From assembly GCA_907165135.1 (NCBI GenBank), contig OU015568.1, positions 14,322,001-14,386,000 of the forward strand: DNA of 64,000 nt. The letters are read 5' to 3'. The stretch comes from Oikopleura dioica. Its lineage: Eukaryota > Animalia > Chordata. The translations under genes were made by a program, and so were the position numbers. Shown here piece by piece: positions 11,476-24,518 of the stretch; position 1 is the first letter of the stretch, and each line of letters begins with the position of its first letter. The notes below the pieces were generated by a model, which saw only the letters and a list, made by a program, of their open reading frames with translations, made no database searches and was not told the origin of the DNA.

Positions 11476-13262
11476 CGCCCGTGAACTCCACACATTGCGC
11501 TCAAGCGGGTGATTTTACGGATTGAGCGTGTCACACAAAAGCAAATATGTGAAATCATTAGCCGGATTTATTGATAATGAATTTCTATCAGCTTCCGAGA
11601 AGGACCAGTAAATAATTGGAAATTATAATTTTTATTAAGAGATGTTAAATTTACTTATGATTTGATTCTAATTCATCAAATATCACTGATTGTATATTAG
11701 TGTTTATTAAAAACGCATGTTTTCAAAAATCTTGCTCAGTAAATTTTACGATCAAATAAAACAAAAACTCACCGTCAAGCACCATCTCTCGTTATAACTG
11801 CAAATGCGGACAAGTTTCACCAACTCGTTCATTTTATCAGATTTTGAGGCAGATGTAAATGTCCTTTAGCGCCAAGATTTTTCACCGATTTGACAATCGG
11901 TTCGGCTATTTTTGCAAACTGAAATGAACTCTGACGACCACGTCTATTTTTCTTCAGCAATCTTCAGTGATTATCGCAGAACAGGTAGCGCTTGACTGCT
12001 GGTGAAAGTGAGCAGACAAAGATTCAGGCGTGATACCTGCGACTGCCAAGAAAATTGCTTGTGAAAGGATAATCTTTCTTCTTTTCTTTGGATTTTAGAG
12101 CTCAATCATAAAGCCTTTATCCACTTATGATGGAAAATAAAAGCTTTAGGATAGCGAAGAAGAATCAGTCGTGGATGGTCAGTAAATTAATTAATAATTA
12201 TGGTCTTAATAATTGAAAATATTCAAGTCTGAAAAGAATCTCGTCATGGACATTGGATTTTGGATCACTCGAAACAATAGAATTTCGGTCGACGAAGACG
12301 ATTCTAAATTTATGAAGACAAGACTTGAAGTCAAACTGGACACTGGACACCGGAAACTGGACAAATATTTGATGCGTTCATTGTCTGAAAATTTCGACTC
12401 TGCGATGTAATTATCGCTGGAATTTCGCGAGACGTTCTTTGTTTGCCTCTAGCCCACATTGAAATGCACAGTACTCGTCACTAGTCGACGTATTCAACAA
12501 ATGTCAGCGCGGAGATTGTTAGCGCAAATTTGCTCTTTCGACAAGCTCAGGAGCTTCTCCAGTTGGGCTAGAACGCAATCGCCAAGGTCTTTTTTTCCCA
12601 AGCTCTTGAAAGAAAAGTGCTTGAATAATTTACAAGCTTCTTTGAACATTTCTCCTGAAACTGACTGGAATCTGTAAGTTCAAAGTTTGAAGTGTACGTG
12701 ATTGGAAATGGAAGTTGCTGGTAGTTGATTGCTTATTATCTATTCTACGAAAATAGAGTCAGTAATCGCCGAAATGAGCAGTGCTCCAAGTTCAAGGACA
12801 ATTTTCGGTTGCTAGGGTGTCCGTTTTTGCGACCGGGATAGGTTTGATTTCAATGCTTTTTTGGTGAAAATCAAGTTTTACTGAGGTAATTCAGACGCTT
12901 TTCGAGGTAAAAATTCACTGCCAGTAATTTTCTGGCCATCGACAGTGTCCTTCTTTCGCTAGAAAAAATTCTATTGAAATAATAAGTAATATAATGACAT
13001 TTTACCGATTTTACTCGACGAAATTGCGATTTTTACCGCCATTTTCGCAGTATAAGAAATCTAAGTGCTAGAATTTTCATGGAGAAGTGTTAAAATTCAC
13101 AAAAAGAATGATTTCATGGCTAAATCCGCGGATTTTGATGAAAATCCGATTTTTTTGAAAAAAATTCGCGATTTTTGCAAATGAACAACTTTTTCGCGAA
13201 AAAGGCAATCTAGAAACGAATTTCGTGCTTTCGCGGACTCCCTAGCTCGACGTCGTCGCGAG

Positions 13263-13350
13263 GTTGCCATGGCAACATGGGATCTCAGATCTAGCCAGTT
13301 GGGCTCGGCCAATCAGCGCGCGCGCTCAGATCTAGCCACTCACTATATAA
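13263..13350 (+). promoter_or_regulatory. DYNLL promoter: perfect RFX X-box, CCAAT box and TATA box
   Basis: GTTGCCATGGCAAC (13263-13276), CCAATCAG (13309-13316) and TATATAA (about 13345-13351), followed by a non-coding exon ending at CAG|GTAAGC at about 13400. Confidence 0.75.
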
Positions 13351-13652
13351 CTCGACCAGCGCGCCCCTTGCAGTTCCATTCACCAAGAATCACTCATCAG
13401 GTAAGCAACGATTTTCGCATTTTTTCGCTGAAAATTGCAAAATAGCCAACAGCGGAGCTCTCGCACCCAGAGACAAAATACAGTAACTTATACAGAGAAA
13501 TTTACAGTAACGCTTCTTTTTTGACTCAAAATTTATCGATTTTCTTGTCTAATTCAAACACAAACGCACAATTCTCATTCTTATTCGTCATTTTTAGTTT
13601 AAAAGAAAGTATTTACGAAGATAACAGTTTGTATTTTTCAGAACAAAGCAAG

Positions 13653-14240
13653 ATGACTGAGCGAAAGGCCGTGATCAAGAATGCCGATATGTCGGAAGAC
13701 ATGCAGACCGACGCCGTCGAATGCGCCACCCAGGCCCTCGAAAAGTACAATATCGAAAAGGACATTGCTGCTTTCATCAAAAAAGAATTCGACAAGAAAT
13801 ATGGGTAAGCCTTCTTTTCAAACCCTCCAGATAAGGAACAAACAATTTTATAAATTCGCGTTCTAGAATCCAAAGACACTTTTTAAAAAAATCGATTGAG
13901 ATCATTTCTCTTGGTCCAAGAGTCTTGGAGATGAATTGATTTAGGTTTTTGGCGTTGAAAATACACTGGAAAATAGACTGATAATTAGGATGCATTTCCG
14001 CTCATATAATTTCCTTACATACAGTAAATTAATCTCCCAATTGACCCTCTTTGAATTAACACTTTCTTCTTCAGCCCCACCTGGCACTGCATCGTCGGCC
14101 GAAACTTCGGCTCCTACGTCACCCACGAGACGAAGCACTTTATTTACTTCTACCTTGGCCAGGTAACCACTCCTTTAATCCGTTCAAGCTCTAACAATTC
14201 TCCCGTTTAGGTCGCCATCTTGCTTTTCAAGTCTGGATAA
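13653..14240 (+). CDS. DYNLL1: Dynein light chain LC8; exons 13653-13804, 14075-14162, 14211-14240
   Basis: The joined protein [60 protein letters not shown] is a near-canonical 89-aa LC8. Confidence 0.97.
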
Positions 14241-14617
14241 GCATTGGTCGCGTACAAACAGTGTCACCAATTTGTACCACAATGCCTCCCTATCCGACTT
14301 CCTGTAACGCTCATGTATCATCGAGATTTCGAATTTTAGCCAACGAACACCATCCCTGGAATATATAAATAAAAATATATATCATCTCTAATCGAATCAA
14401 AAGAAACTGATCAACGAAACAAATCAATTATTGACAGCTTCATTTTTCGTGGTTTTTCTCTCTTCTTTCTTTTGCAGGACTGTAGACTAGGTTTACGTCT
14501 AAAGCAAGACATACAGATAGTCGCCGGAAGACAGGAAAGAACGAAGCGGCTTCGCCAAATTAACTTAATCTAACAAGATATTTTCAAATATTGGCGAAGC
14601 CGCCTCGCGGCTCCGTT

Positions 14618-16520
14618 GGGGTTTCCTTACATGGTACAAATCCTTACATGGTACATTTCCTTACATGGTACAAAATCCTTACATGGTACAAAAATCAAAT
14701 TGTACCATGTAAGGAATTGTACCAGGTAAGGAAATGTACCAGGTAAGGATTTTTGTACCATGTAAGGAAATTCAAAATAAAAAATTTTTAAAAACAAAAA
14801 TCGACACATTCAGCCAAAACATAATTCTACTTTACACCCCTGTTGAGCATATTTTTTACTTCAAAAAAAATAATTTTATTATATTTTCATATTTGTTCTC
14901 AATTTTTAGACACACTTATAAGTTGTCGGGTCCAGTGTCGGTGCCGATTACCCTTTTTCAAAGTCGGGTCGGGTCGAGTTATTTTAAAATGGCCAGAATC
15001 ATGGTCGGGTTCGGTCGGGACGGGTCGGCCTTTTGGATTTGAAACTTAGGCTCAGAGTTTGAAATGCTCGCAAATGCTCGCGAGCGAAAAGAGCGAGAGC
15101 GAAAATTTATCGTTGCTCTCAGAGCAGGGGAGCGGGAGCATGAAATGAAGTTGGCTCGAGAGCCAAAAGAGCGCGAGCCCAGACTTGAAACCGCTCGCGA
15201 GCGCAGAGAGCACGAGCGCATATGTTGGCAATGCTCGGGAGCTAGACGAGCGGGAGCGGCTGCTCTCGTGCTCGCCATGAAATTGACTCACGAGCGGCTC
15301 GCGAGCAAAATTAAAAGAAAAATTTTTCGCATAATTATTCACTTTCATAAATATATTTCTTCTTGGGTCAATTTCTCGTGTTTTCCGTTTTGTGAAAGCT
15401 TCATTAGGTACGTTATCTCGGCAGTAGAACGCGTAAAGCCGAGATTAAACAGATAAAACATGCCCACCGCGAGGTGCTAACTCCTGGGAGAGGGACTCAT
15501 TTGGAATTAGTCACGGGGCCTTCGAATCATTTTAGGCTCTGGAAGGCTGCTCGCGAGTCAATTTTTTTAGCTCGAGAGCCGATCGAGCGAGAGCACAATT
15601 CGACCAGTGCTCGGGAGCCAAGAGAGCGAGAGCGCAAAATGAAATGCGCTCGCGAGCGCAAAGAGCGCGAGCGCAGAAATCAATATGCTCGGGAGCGCAA
15701 AGAGCATCATGCTCGTGCTCGCTCGCTCTCAAGTGAGCCGCTCGCGAGTCACGAAAATTTCAAACTCTGCTTAGGCTTTATAAAATTCCCTTTTTTTTTT
15801 AGGTATGGATGATTTTAACCCCCATCGGCCAAAATATCCATTTTGAACATGAAGCACCTTCCGACGCCTGTAACTCCCTGCAATCATGGTCAGATCGTAA
15901 CAAGACCCCGTCGTTATGAAGAAATTTTTAGAGTAACGACTGAAAATGGACATGTCGATTTAGAAACAATTTTTTCGAAGTTTTTCGATATATAATTTAT
16001 TAATCAAGAAGTGGGGTGCAAATTTATCGTTCTAACGCACATCCGCGAAGTCACTATTTTGATTGTAAAATTTTCAGAATTTGTGCGCAATGAAAAACCG
16101 ACCGATAATCGGACCCGACCGACCCAACCGACCGCGGATTTTGCCAATTTGAGTTAGTGCTACACATTAAAACATCGACTTACTATCGACCAACCGACTA
16201 AAACGAGTGTCGGAGAGTTCAATTCTGAGTAAATTTAACTACGAAAATTAACTTTTCGTATCAAATACGAAAATATAATGAAAATAAAATTTTTGAAATA
16301 AAAATTTTTGCTCGATAGGGGGTCGAGTAGAATAATGTTTTGAGTAAATGTGTCAATTTTTGTTTTCGAAAACATTTATTTCGAATTTCCTTACATGGTA
16401 CAAAGATCCTTACATAGTACAAAATCCTTACATGGTACAATTTTATTTTTGTACCGTGTAAGGAAATGTACCATGTAAGGATTTGTACCATGTAAGGATC
16501 TGTACCATGTAATAAACCCC
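14618..16520. mobile_element. Non-autonomous Mutator/foldback-like TIR element with a 9-bp TSD
   Basis: Perfect TSD GGCTCCGTT at 14609-14617 and 16521-16529; termini GGGGTTT..AAACCCC; imperfect TIRs of about 280 bp containing arrays of CCTTACATGGTACA. Confidence 0.88.
15053..15769. mobile_element. hAT-type MITE nested inside the Mutator-like element
   Basis: TIR CAGAGTTTGAAAT / ATTTCAAACTCTG; perfect 8-bp TSD CTTAGGCT at 15045-15052 and 15770-15777; subterminal GCTCGCGAGC arrays at both ends. Confidence 0.9.
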
Positions 16521-19500
16521 GGCTCCGTTATTGAAAAAGCCGCTACGCGGCTTTCCATCGAAGATCTTCCAGAATCTGAATCAGCCTTCCGGGCACAGTG
16601 CGGCTATCATATGCCATCGGAATATCCTTTTCGTTGGACTTTTTCTCCAGGAAAAAGCTTCTGGTTAATGACGGGCATGCGTAGAGAAGACTTTATTTTG
16701 AGACCGAGTTGGTGGCTTTTGAGAAGGGGATCGTCTGGTAGACAAAAGATGTCACTTTTGTTGGGCTCGAAATTGAGCTGGTTGGCTTTTAATATCTATC
16801 TGAATGTGGATTTCAGGCTCTCCATCGATGATCTACTGGAAGACATCAACAGTGTCCGAGAAAGAAAAGCTTTTAGATGGGTAATTCAGAATTACTAATT
16901 CTATTACCACTGCCCAATTCGAAATGCCTTCTCAGATACAGATCTTTTCTGGCGTCTATTTCAGGCCTCTCATCTTTTTTTGATCGCAGCGCAACGCGCC
17001 CGGCGTCTATTTTTAATTTTCTGAAACTTATCCTGGAAGCGATTTCACCAGCATAAATACCCAGCGAATTTTACTCCCGCTCTTCATTATTCCCATCCTC
17101 ATAAATGACCTAAACGGCTGACCACTGGGGGAATTTCGTAGAACGCTTTTTGCAAAACAGAAATTGAAAGCGAAGCAGCTGCCGTTTTGCAAAGCGTTTG
17201 CGGAATTTCGCCGAGGGAGAAAACTCGACGGGAAAAGTTGTTTTTCAAAATTTTGAAATCATAGACGACTCAAATGGGTGCCAATAAAATAAAACTCAGA
17301 GGCCAGAGCGGGCATTTTCCAAACTCTAAGAGATAGGATCAGAGTTCAAAATTTAAAAACTAATATTATTTTTGGATTAAAAATATTGTAGATAAGAATA
17401 TTGCTAAATGAACTTTGTGCAGTACCCGTCCCGAATAGGGTAATTTTCTCATCATGAAGGTAAGAATCGTTGATTTATTCAAGCTTTTTTTTCGATCCTC
17501 CATCATTTCCGGTTACTCGGATCGTCATAATTATTTGAATTAGTCATTTTGAAACGTCGTTCTGTCTGAAAACGCTGAAATCTGTCGGCTCGTCATTTCT
17601 ATTTTCGGCAATCTTTCGCATAAATACGGAATAGGGGTATTTTGACGTTCATGCGATGCCTTACTGAGGCTTAATTTATTCTGATGGCCAAAACAATCAT
17701 CTGAAACTGGCGCTGATTCAAGGCCACAGCTTTGAATTTTGAATTGCAAATGAAAATTGAGCAGTCTCAATATGCTATTGGCAATATCGTTTTGCCAAAA
17801 AAGGCCCTCATGACATCTTTATTAGAAAAGAAAACTAATAATAATGAAGAGTGAGAATCTGCACAGTAGACTTTAAAAAAGAGAATCGAGGATAGACAAG
17901 ACCCCGGCGGAATTTCCATCAGTTTTTAGCCGCAAATGAATTGTTGATAAAGTTTGCTTTCCGCCAGATAGAGATAGACTAGATTCTCAGATATTAACTA
18001 CTGTGACTCACAGTCTGTGAGCTTGAATATTTTAGCGTTCACTACAGTACTGGCTCAGATTTTAAGTCTCGGACCTTGAACTTTAATCTCCAGCTTCTAT
18101 AAATAAGGTGCTGTTTGAGAACCTCCCCGAATAATTGATAGTCATCTCTTTTTAGTTCTTTCTTGCCTTCAAAAGTATCCTTCGCAGAGTATGGAAACGC
18201 AAAGAGAGCAGCAAAAGTCACCGTAGCACCAGTTCGCAAAAACTACCAGGTAAAAATTACCGTATTGATTGATGTCACATAATTTATGCATTTTTATCGC
18301 GACGGTGGGATTTTAGCGCCGCCATTTCTTTCCATAAATTGAAAATAATAAGAGTGGTTGAAATTATTTATTGAGAAAAATCAAAAAAGAGAATCAGTTC
18401 ATTTTTCACCTGAAAAAAAAAGATGATACTTATTTGTGAAGGTAAATGTTTTTTTAATAAAAAAAAATGAGTAAATTCTCCAGATGATTCTTACCCCCAA
18501 TAAAAACTCTTCCCCGCTTCAAATAAAAAATTCACACAAAAGTGCAAATAAAGCTAAAACTTTTTTTGAAATCAGCGATGACTCTCTTCTCAGAGACTAG
18601 CGGATATTTTATATTCGAAAAACTTTGATTGAATCATTTTAAGAGGCGCTCGTAAATGCATCCGCGGTTGATATTTGCATTTGATCGGGTTTAAACTACT
18701 CAGGTGGTTTCTTTTCTCGAAAAGATCGAGAGAATCTATTTTTGAAATTTGAAGAGAACATCGTTATCACAGTAAGTTTTTCACTGTAAAAGAGGATTTC
18801 TAGTTTTGGAAATGCGGCTTTATGGAAATGACAATTTATTTTTGGACACAAGTCATTTTGAATTAGTAAAGAGCCTTGACATCAGACGCGGGAGTATTAA
18901 GTTTTCCGCGATTGATTTTCCACTGAGCCCAAGGGTTAGCACAGATGTGCCAACACTACTGTAGTTTCGTGACGCCGATAACTCGCCCGTCTGGCTCAGG
19001 ATCATCCAGGGGCCTTTCCAAATAATCTTTTTGGTTGAAATGGCCATCATCTTACTGTTTCGTAAAGCCAAGCGCAGTCCCATCACTCTCCGGTTCCATT
19101 AATTAGTGTGCCTCACTCTGTGGTTCTTGGATAATGGATCCCGTCAGATATGAACATGCTCATCTGCGCTAATCAATCATTTTGAAGATGTTCCTTTTTG
19201 CGAATCCTTTTCTTCGATTTTCCTTGTCTAAATAAGGCCTTCTTTTCTCTGAATGTAAACCTGTCATCTTTCAAAAAGGTCATTTCAATCAGTCTCCCCT
19301 TGGAGAAACTAGACCATTTAAAATTGTTCATTTCTTAGATTTTTTAGCCTTTCTTTTGACCAATTTCAGGGTAAACTTGAATCTTTGTAGATTTGAGTTA
19401 AATTTGAAAATTCTTATTTCTTGGGACTAAGGTTTCTCCACATTCGTAGCGAACTCCCCCCTCCTGGTATCAGACAAATTTTTATCATTGATTTTCCGAC

Positions 19501-19964
19501 GGGAGTCTTGATTTTTGAATTTTATAAGTTTCATTTTTTCTTGCCGCAAGTCACCGGTATTTCAAGGAACTACGCCGCATCGTCTGTGTGACAATAATTT
19601 TTTCAAACTCATTTGACTCATTAGAAAGGTCCCGCGAAATCTCCCATCCCCGAAGACAAAGGGAGTCCATCTGTTTACCCTGCTAGAGGTCAGTGATGAC
19701 TAAAGTATGGCACTGCCCTTTGAGCGAGGTTCGCTAGTATAGATCTGTTTTCACCCGTCTTTTGCAAGTCTTTTTTATTTTATTTTTTTGGCCTGAGGAC
19801 GGCGCAAGACAGCGCGGGACAGCGACTGTCAGCGCGAACAACCAACACAGTCCCACTTTTGCCGCACACAGAATATCCCTTACACGCAGCGGAAAAAAAA
19901 TAAAAACGAAAAAAAATTTTTTCAGTTTTGGACAGTACCAACAACAAGAGAACAGCGCAAGAAG

Positions 19965-20340
19965 AGATGAGTAGCACCGCCTCGTCAGTAACAGGACCGA
20001 ACGCGCAGAAGATAAGACCACAGCCGAAAAGAGAGCTTAGCAAGGAGAGCACAGATATCGACGACGACTTGATTTGGGCAAGAGGTTGCTAATTTTTGAG
20101 CAAATTTTGAATAGTTATTTCCGGTCCATTCTCAATTCATTTCCTTTTTATAACAATCAGCTTTCATTATTTTCTTGGGTCTCTTTTTTCGTTATAAGAA
20201 AGACTACTGTATATTCAGTTAATATACAGGGGGATACCTTGTTATCCCGAGGAACCCAGCCCAGACAAATTTTGATCTCAATTCGCCTAGATTATCCTCA
20301 TTTTATCCTCTGAATATTACCCCTGGGGACCGAAACTAAG
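19965..20340 (+). CDS. Possible small two-exon protein of unknown function
   Basis: An acceptor TTTTCAG precedes the ATG. MSSTASSVTGP..DIDDDLIWAR|GGYLVIPRNP.. joins in frame across GT-AG sites. No recognisable domain. Confidence 0.25.
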
Positions 20341-21263
20341 ACTCGCTTGTCTCAGAAAATGGGTTTGACCTTGTCATTTCTGTTCACAGAAACCGAAGTA
20401 GGTTCATTATCATCATTACGCACTACATTTTTGCTGAACAAAAATAGATTGCCAATTTGTACATAGAAAGCGTTTTATATGGTGTTAAATTTGCGTAAAG
20501 CTCGGAATAGATTTATAATTGCAATAATTATTTTTTATTGATTACAAAAGAGCGTCGTTAAAGCGAAATGCTTTTGCTGATGAAAGGTTATTGCTAAGAA
20601 TAGAACGGATGATTTATTCTTGTCGCACGCTAATGGGCGAGAAATATACGATAAAGTGCTCAAATCAAATTGACCTCTGAAAAAGACTCCCATCGGCTTT
20701 TTCTCAAAATCCGAACATCTCAAACGGCGCAGCTCAATCGCAACAACTTCCACTTCTCCTCCACTCTGTAGTCAGCAGAGGGCCTCCGTTTGCCAAGGCT
20801 TTTTAGGTATCGAAAAGAGAATAGAGTAGAAACGGCAACAGTTTCGTCAAAGGAGACATAAAAGTGTGACGCTACTAAATTATTAATAATTGATGCTTTC
20901 AAAGCTGCTAAAACATTCTTCATAGACCAGATCATCGGTAGTAACAGTCCTTTAGCGAAATTGAAAGCATCAATAAATAATCTTTTATATATCGACAGTT
21001 CAATATTTTTTTTAGATACTGACTCGATAAAAGCATTGGAAGCGCTGCGATCAAAATCGCTCGAAGAAAAAAGTTAGAAAATGAAACTTGTGCTACCTAT
21101 TTTTAATTCTTCTATTAAAAGTATTTTCACTGGCTTAATATTTGTTTCGCAGATTTCTTTTGAATCCTACAAATTGCATCAATCAGTAAGCTTCAACGGA
21201 TTTTGAAAATGTGATTTGTATTCGTATTGTACAGAAAAATGCATAAAAATCAAAAGAAACGAG

Positions 21264-23028
21264 TCAATAATTGGCATTTGGCTGGGCTTCCATAGCTATT
21301 GTTTGCCTCCTTTCCATTTCAGAAGCTCTTTGACTTGCTCGGGCGATGGTATTTCTCGCTGTCGATCTTCTTGGACATTCGTCTTCGTTTGTCTTCATGA
21401 TTTCATCGACCAGCCTCGAGAAGAGATCCTCGTCGAGCTCCATCAACGAGCGAAGAATGTTGCAGACAAGATGAACTATCGATGAGTTCCAGTGGCCTTC
21501 TGCGGCGACAATAAGCTCTGGCAAGATTTGTGGCATGATTCGATTCAAATTGCTTTCGATCAATTCGATGATATACGGTTTGTTTAGGAAATATAGACTT
21601 CTTTCAGCAACCTGAAAATATGTTATTAAAATTTTTAATCCTACAAATCAAGGAATTTCTTTGGCAATAATTTATTTTTGATGATGTCAATGAATCTTTT
21701 TCCATGACGAAGTCAACTGAGCTAGGAATTATGGAACTAGCAAAGCTTTCAATCAAAGATCAGAGTTTGACATTCACTGAATTACCTGATAATGCGAGCT
21801 TGACATGCATTTCGACAAACATCTAAACAAGCTTGCGCAGCACATTTCGAACTCGTCTGGCTCAATACAGGATAGAATTTCTTCTATTTCGTCGAGCAGT
21901 TCGATTTCTACTTAAAAAATATGAACGGTAAAATTGAGAGACTTGCCTTTAGTTGCACTTTGAACAGGCCAAACTCGTATTATTCCGTCGACGATCGTAT
22001 TTGTTAGTGATGGTTCCTTCCGCATAAACTGAATCATTATAAATGAAAGGCCAGCTGAAAACGCCATGTATTTTCTTTCGTTGAGTTCGATATCCGCACA
22101 TTTACAAATTGAGCTTTCAAGAATAACGAACTCTTCCTTGAGCAATGAAGAGGCAGCAAAATTTTGACGAGAACAACTTTGTGTTCCGACTTGATTGGCG
22201 TGCTCAGTCCACTGATTATGCTCCCCTGAATCTGGAGTATCTGCGGGACCCCTCTATACGAGTCGTCTTCGTATATAAATTCCAAGAGTAAATTGTTCAT
22301 TTCTCGTCGGATAAATGTTCGTTGCGCGATGAAATTCGTGTAAAGCTGGTGGATAACTGTTTTTAGGCTTTCGCGGATTCGCTCGTCTGGATGGCTCATT
22401 TGCTGGAATAAATCTGATATAAGACTCTGGGTGATTATGTTCTTCATTTTCGACGCTTTGAAATGACGGTTGTTCAGGATCAGCGCGAATATGTTTAGGG
22501 CGAAGCCGATGTGCTCAAATTGTGGATCCTAGAAAGAAATAATAAACGAAAATGAAATGGAACGTACCTTAAACTCTTCTTCTGATAACTCATCGTCATA
22601 GTCTGGAATCGGCGGAACAATATTTTTATGCAGCATTGTGACAAAATCCTCTCGTATGGACTCGTTCATAATAAGTTGTGAAGATTTCGCCTGCTCGGCG
22701 AACTCGATGAAGGTTTGCGATTTATGTTCTCGGTATCGTCTCACCGTCTCGTCCTTGCTCGTGAATGAGTAGAATTCGGAGCAATACTTAATTTTTGCAC
22801 GGAATAAACTGATCTGCTCCATCGGGTGAACATGGCTAAATCGTTTGTTAATAGCAGAAAAGAATCCGAATCTTACGTTAATTTTGGAAGTCTTGCAAGT
22901 ATATCTGGCTCGAATTCTGTGCGTATTGGAGCATCAAGCACTGATATCTTCGTATTTCTAGCGACTGCCGAAACTCTTTGTTTTATTTGTTTCCCGGAAA
23001 AGCTCTCTCGTATCTTTTGCCAGCCCAT
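21264..23028 (-). CDS. Divergent PP2A regulatory subunit B'/B56 (PPP2R5 family)
   Basis: Segments EQISLFRAKIKYC, DERIRESLKTVIHQLY..RREMNN..GSII.G..P.K.EHK..LLPLH and IMPQILPEL..HWNSSI..NILRSLMELDEDLF align with the B56 HEAT repeats. Confidence 0.85.
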
Positions 23029-23771
23029 TTTGTGATTTTCTTTCGCTGAAACCGGATCTGCAGGTTATCTGACTGCGAAACCGTCGGTCAACAAAGGGGA
23101 CTTGAACATTCTAGAGACGATTACAGAAGAGACTTTCGAAATTGGAACGGGCGCCGAGCAAGAGTATCTGCAGATGTTCAAACGTCAGAGCAGCTCTGAT
23201 TCGGGACATTTACCGATAAATAAAATCCTCAACAAACAACCATCCATCTCTTAAACGAAGAGATTTGGGGTAAAGAAAGGCGTATGTTTTGGCCGATCTG
23301 TTGGCAAATGTCAAAATCTGCCAAGCCGCGTCGATAGCATGCCGAGCAATGGTCAATGTATACTTACTCGTTGGAATCATTTCCGGGCGAGCTAGCGCAT
23401 CTGAAGATAGGAGATGAAATTTTGATCGAAATCTGAAATTTGAACATGCAAGATTTGATCTCAAGAATAAATCGTGATTTAGTAGATCAAAACTTATTGA
23501 CTTCTTTCAGCATGAAAAATGCCTTCTGAAATCGTATATGCAAATATAACTTTCACAGTGACGTTCCGTCGGCCTGGCTTTACTTTGAACTCAATGTCAA
23601 TGAATGCATCTTTGATGTAGCCAAAACGCGTGCTGTTCCTTTATGTCCAGTATCATGTTCGCTCTTCTGAAAGAAAATTTTTCTTTCTATTTACCGCAGC
23701 TTTTGAACGCTATTTGTGTCCGCATCAGAAATGACAAGCAAAATCTGCTAGAAATCCGCTGATAGCTTTAA

Positions 23772-24518
23772 GGGACCCGGGCGAGTAACGCGAAGTCCAA
23801 CTTCACGCGCTCGCCATTGATCTTTTAAAGAAGTTTTTCTGAAATTTCTTTTTGCTAAACATATCTTCATTCCCTCAGCTTTCACGTCCCATTTTCAGAT
23901 ATTTTATATCATAATTAGTTCTTGAGCTAGAGTAAATTAAAGAAGTCCAACTTCAAAAGGATTCAACTCCTGCAAACTTCATTTTATTTTCATGAAACCA
24001 GCACCATTGAAAAGCCCATTAAATTCTGAACAGATTCCACTTAATGCGCTAAGCTGAAACTGTACTTATTGCCCTTCACGCGCTGATAAACAAAAGAAGT
24101 TAGCGCTCGAAGCTCGGCAGGACGCTCCGATCGGGCTATTTTGAGTTATTTTGGGCTCCCGGGACATGATTCCCGCTGGGCGCGCGCTAAGTTATCTTGT
24201 TTTTCTAACCTTTATCGCAAATAAGTACAGTTTCAGCTTTGCGCATTAAGTGGAATCTGTTCAGAATTTAATGGGCTTTTCAATGGTGCTGGTTTCATGA
24301 AAATAAAATGAAGTTTGCAGGAGCTGAATCCTTTTGAAGTTGCGCTTCTTTTATTCATCCTAGCTCAAGAAATAATAATGATATAAAAAATCTGAAAATT
24401 GGAGGTGAAAGCTGAGGGAATGAAGATATGTTTAACAAAAAGAAATTTCAAAAAAGCTTTTCAAAAAGATTAATGGCGAGCGCGTGAAATTGGACTTCGC
24501 GTTACTCGCCCGGGTCCC
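23772..24518. mobile_element. Kolobok-like non-autonomous MITE (TTAA TSD, GG..CC termini)
   Basis: TTAA at 23768-23771 and 24519-24522; TIRs of about 300 bp, the first 29 bp identical (GGGACCCGGGCGAGTAACGCGAAGTCCAA). Confidence 0.9.

Noticed and set aside
11760-12850. Possible coding fragments between KIF23 and DYNLL
   Set aside because: Frames are interrupted by stops and I recognise no homology.
14626-14767. Regularly repeated 14-15-bp units resembling a CRISPR array
   Set aside because: No unique spacers, eukaryotic context, and the units form part of transposon TIRs.
15064-15812. ORFs rich in ARER/REP repeats
   Set aside because: They are translations of the GCTCGCGAGC subterminal arrays of a hAT MITE, not genes.
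16611-19560. Scattered short ORFs, including a stop-interrupted frame at about 18860-19110
   Set aside because: No recognisable domain and no consistent splice model; could be a pseudogene or TE remnant but cannot be supported.
19691-19796. GTGATGA...CTGA resembling a C/D box snoRNA
   Set aside because: No terminal stem and no recognisable rRNA antisense element.
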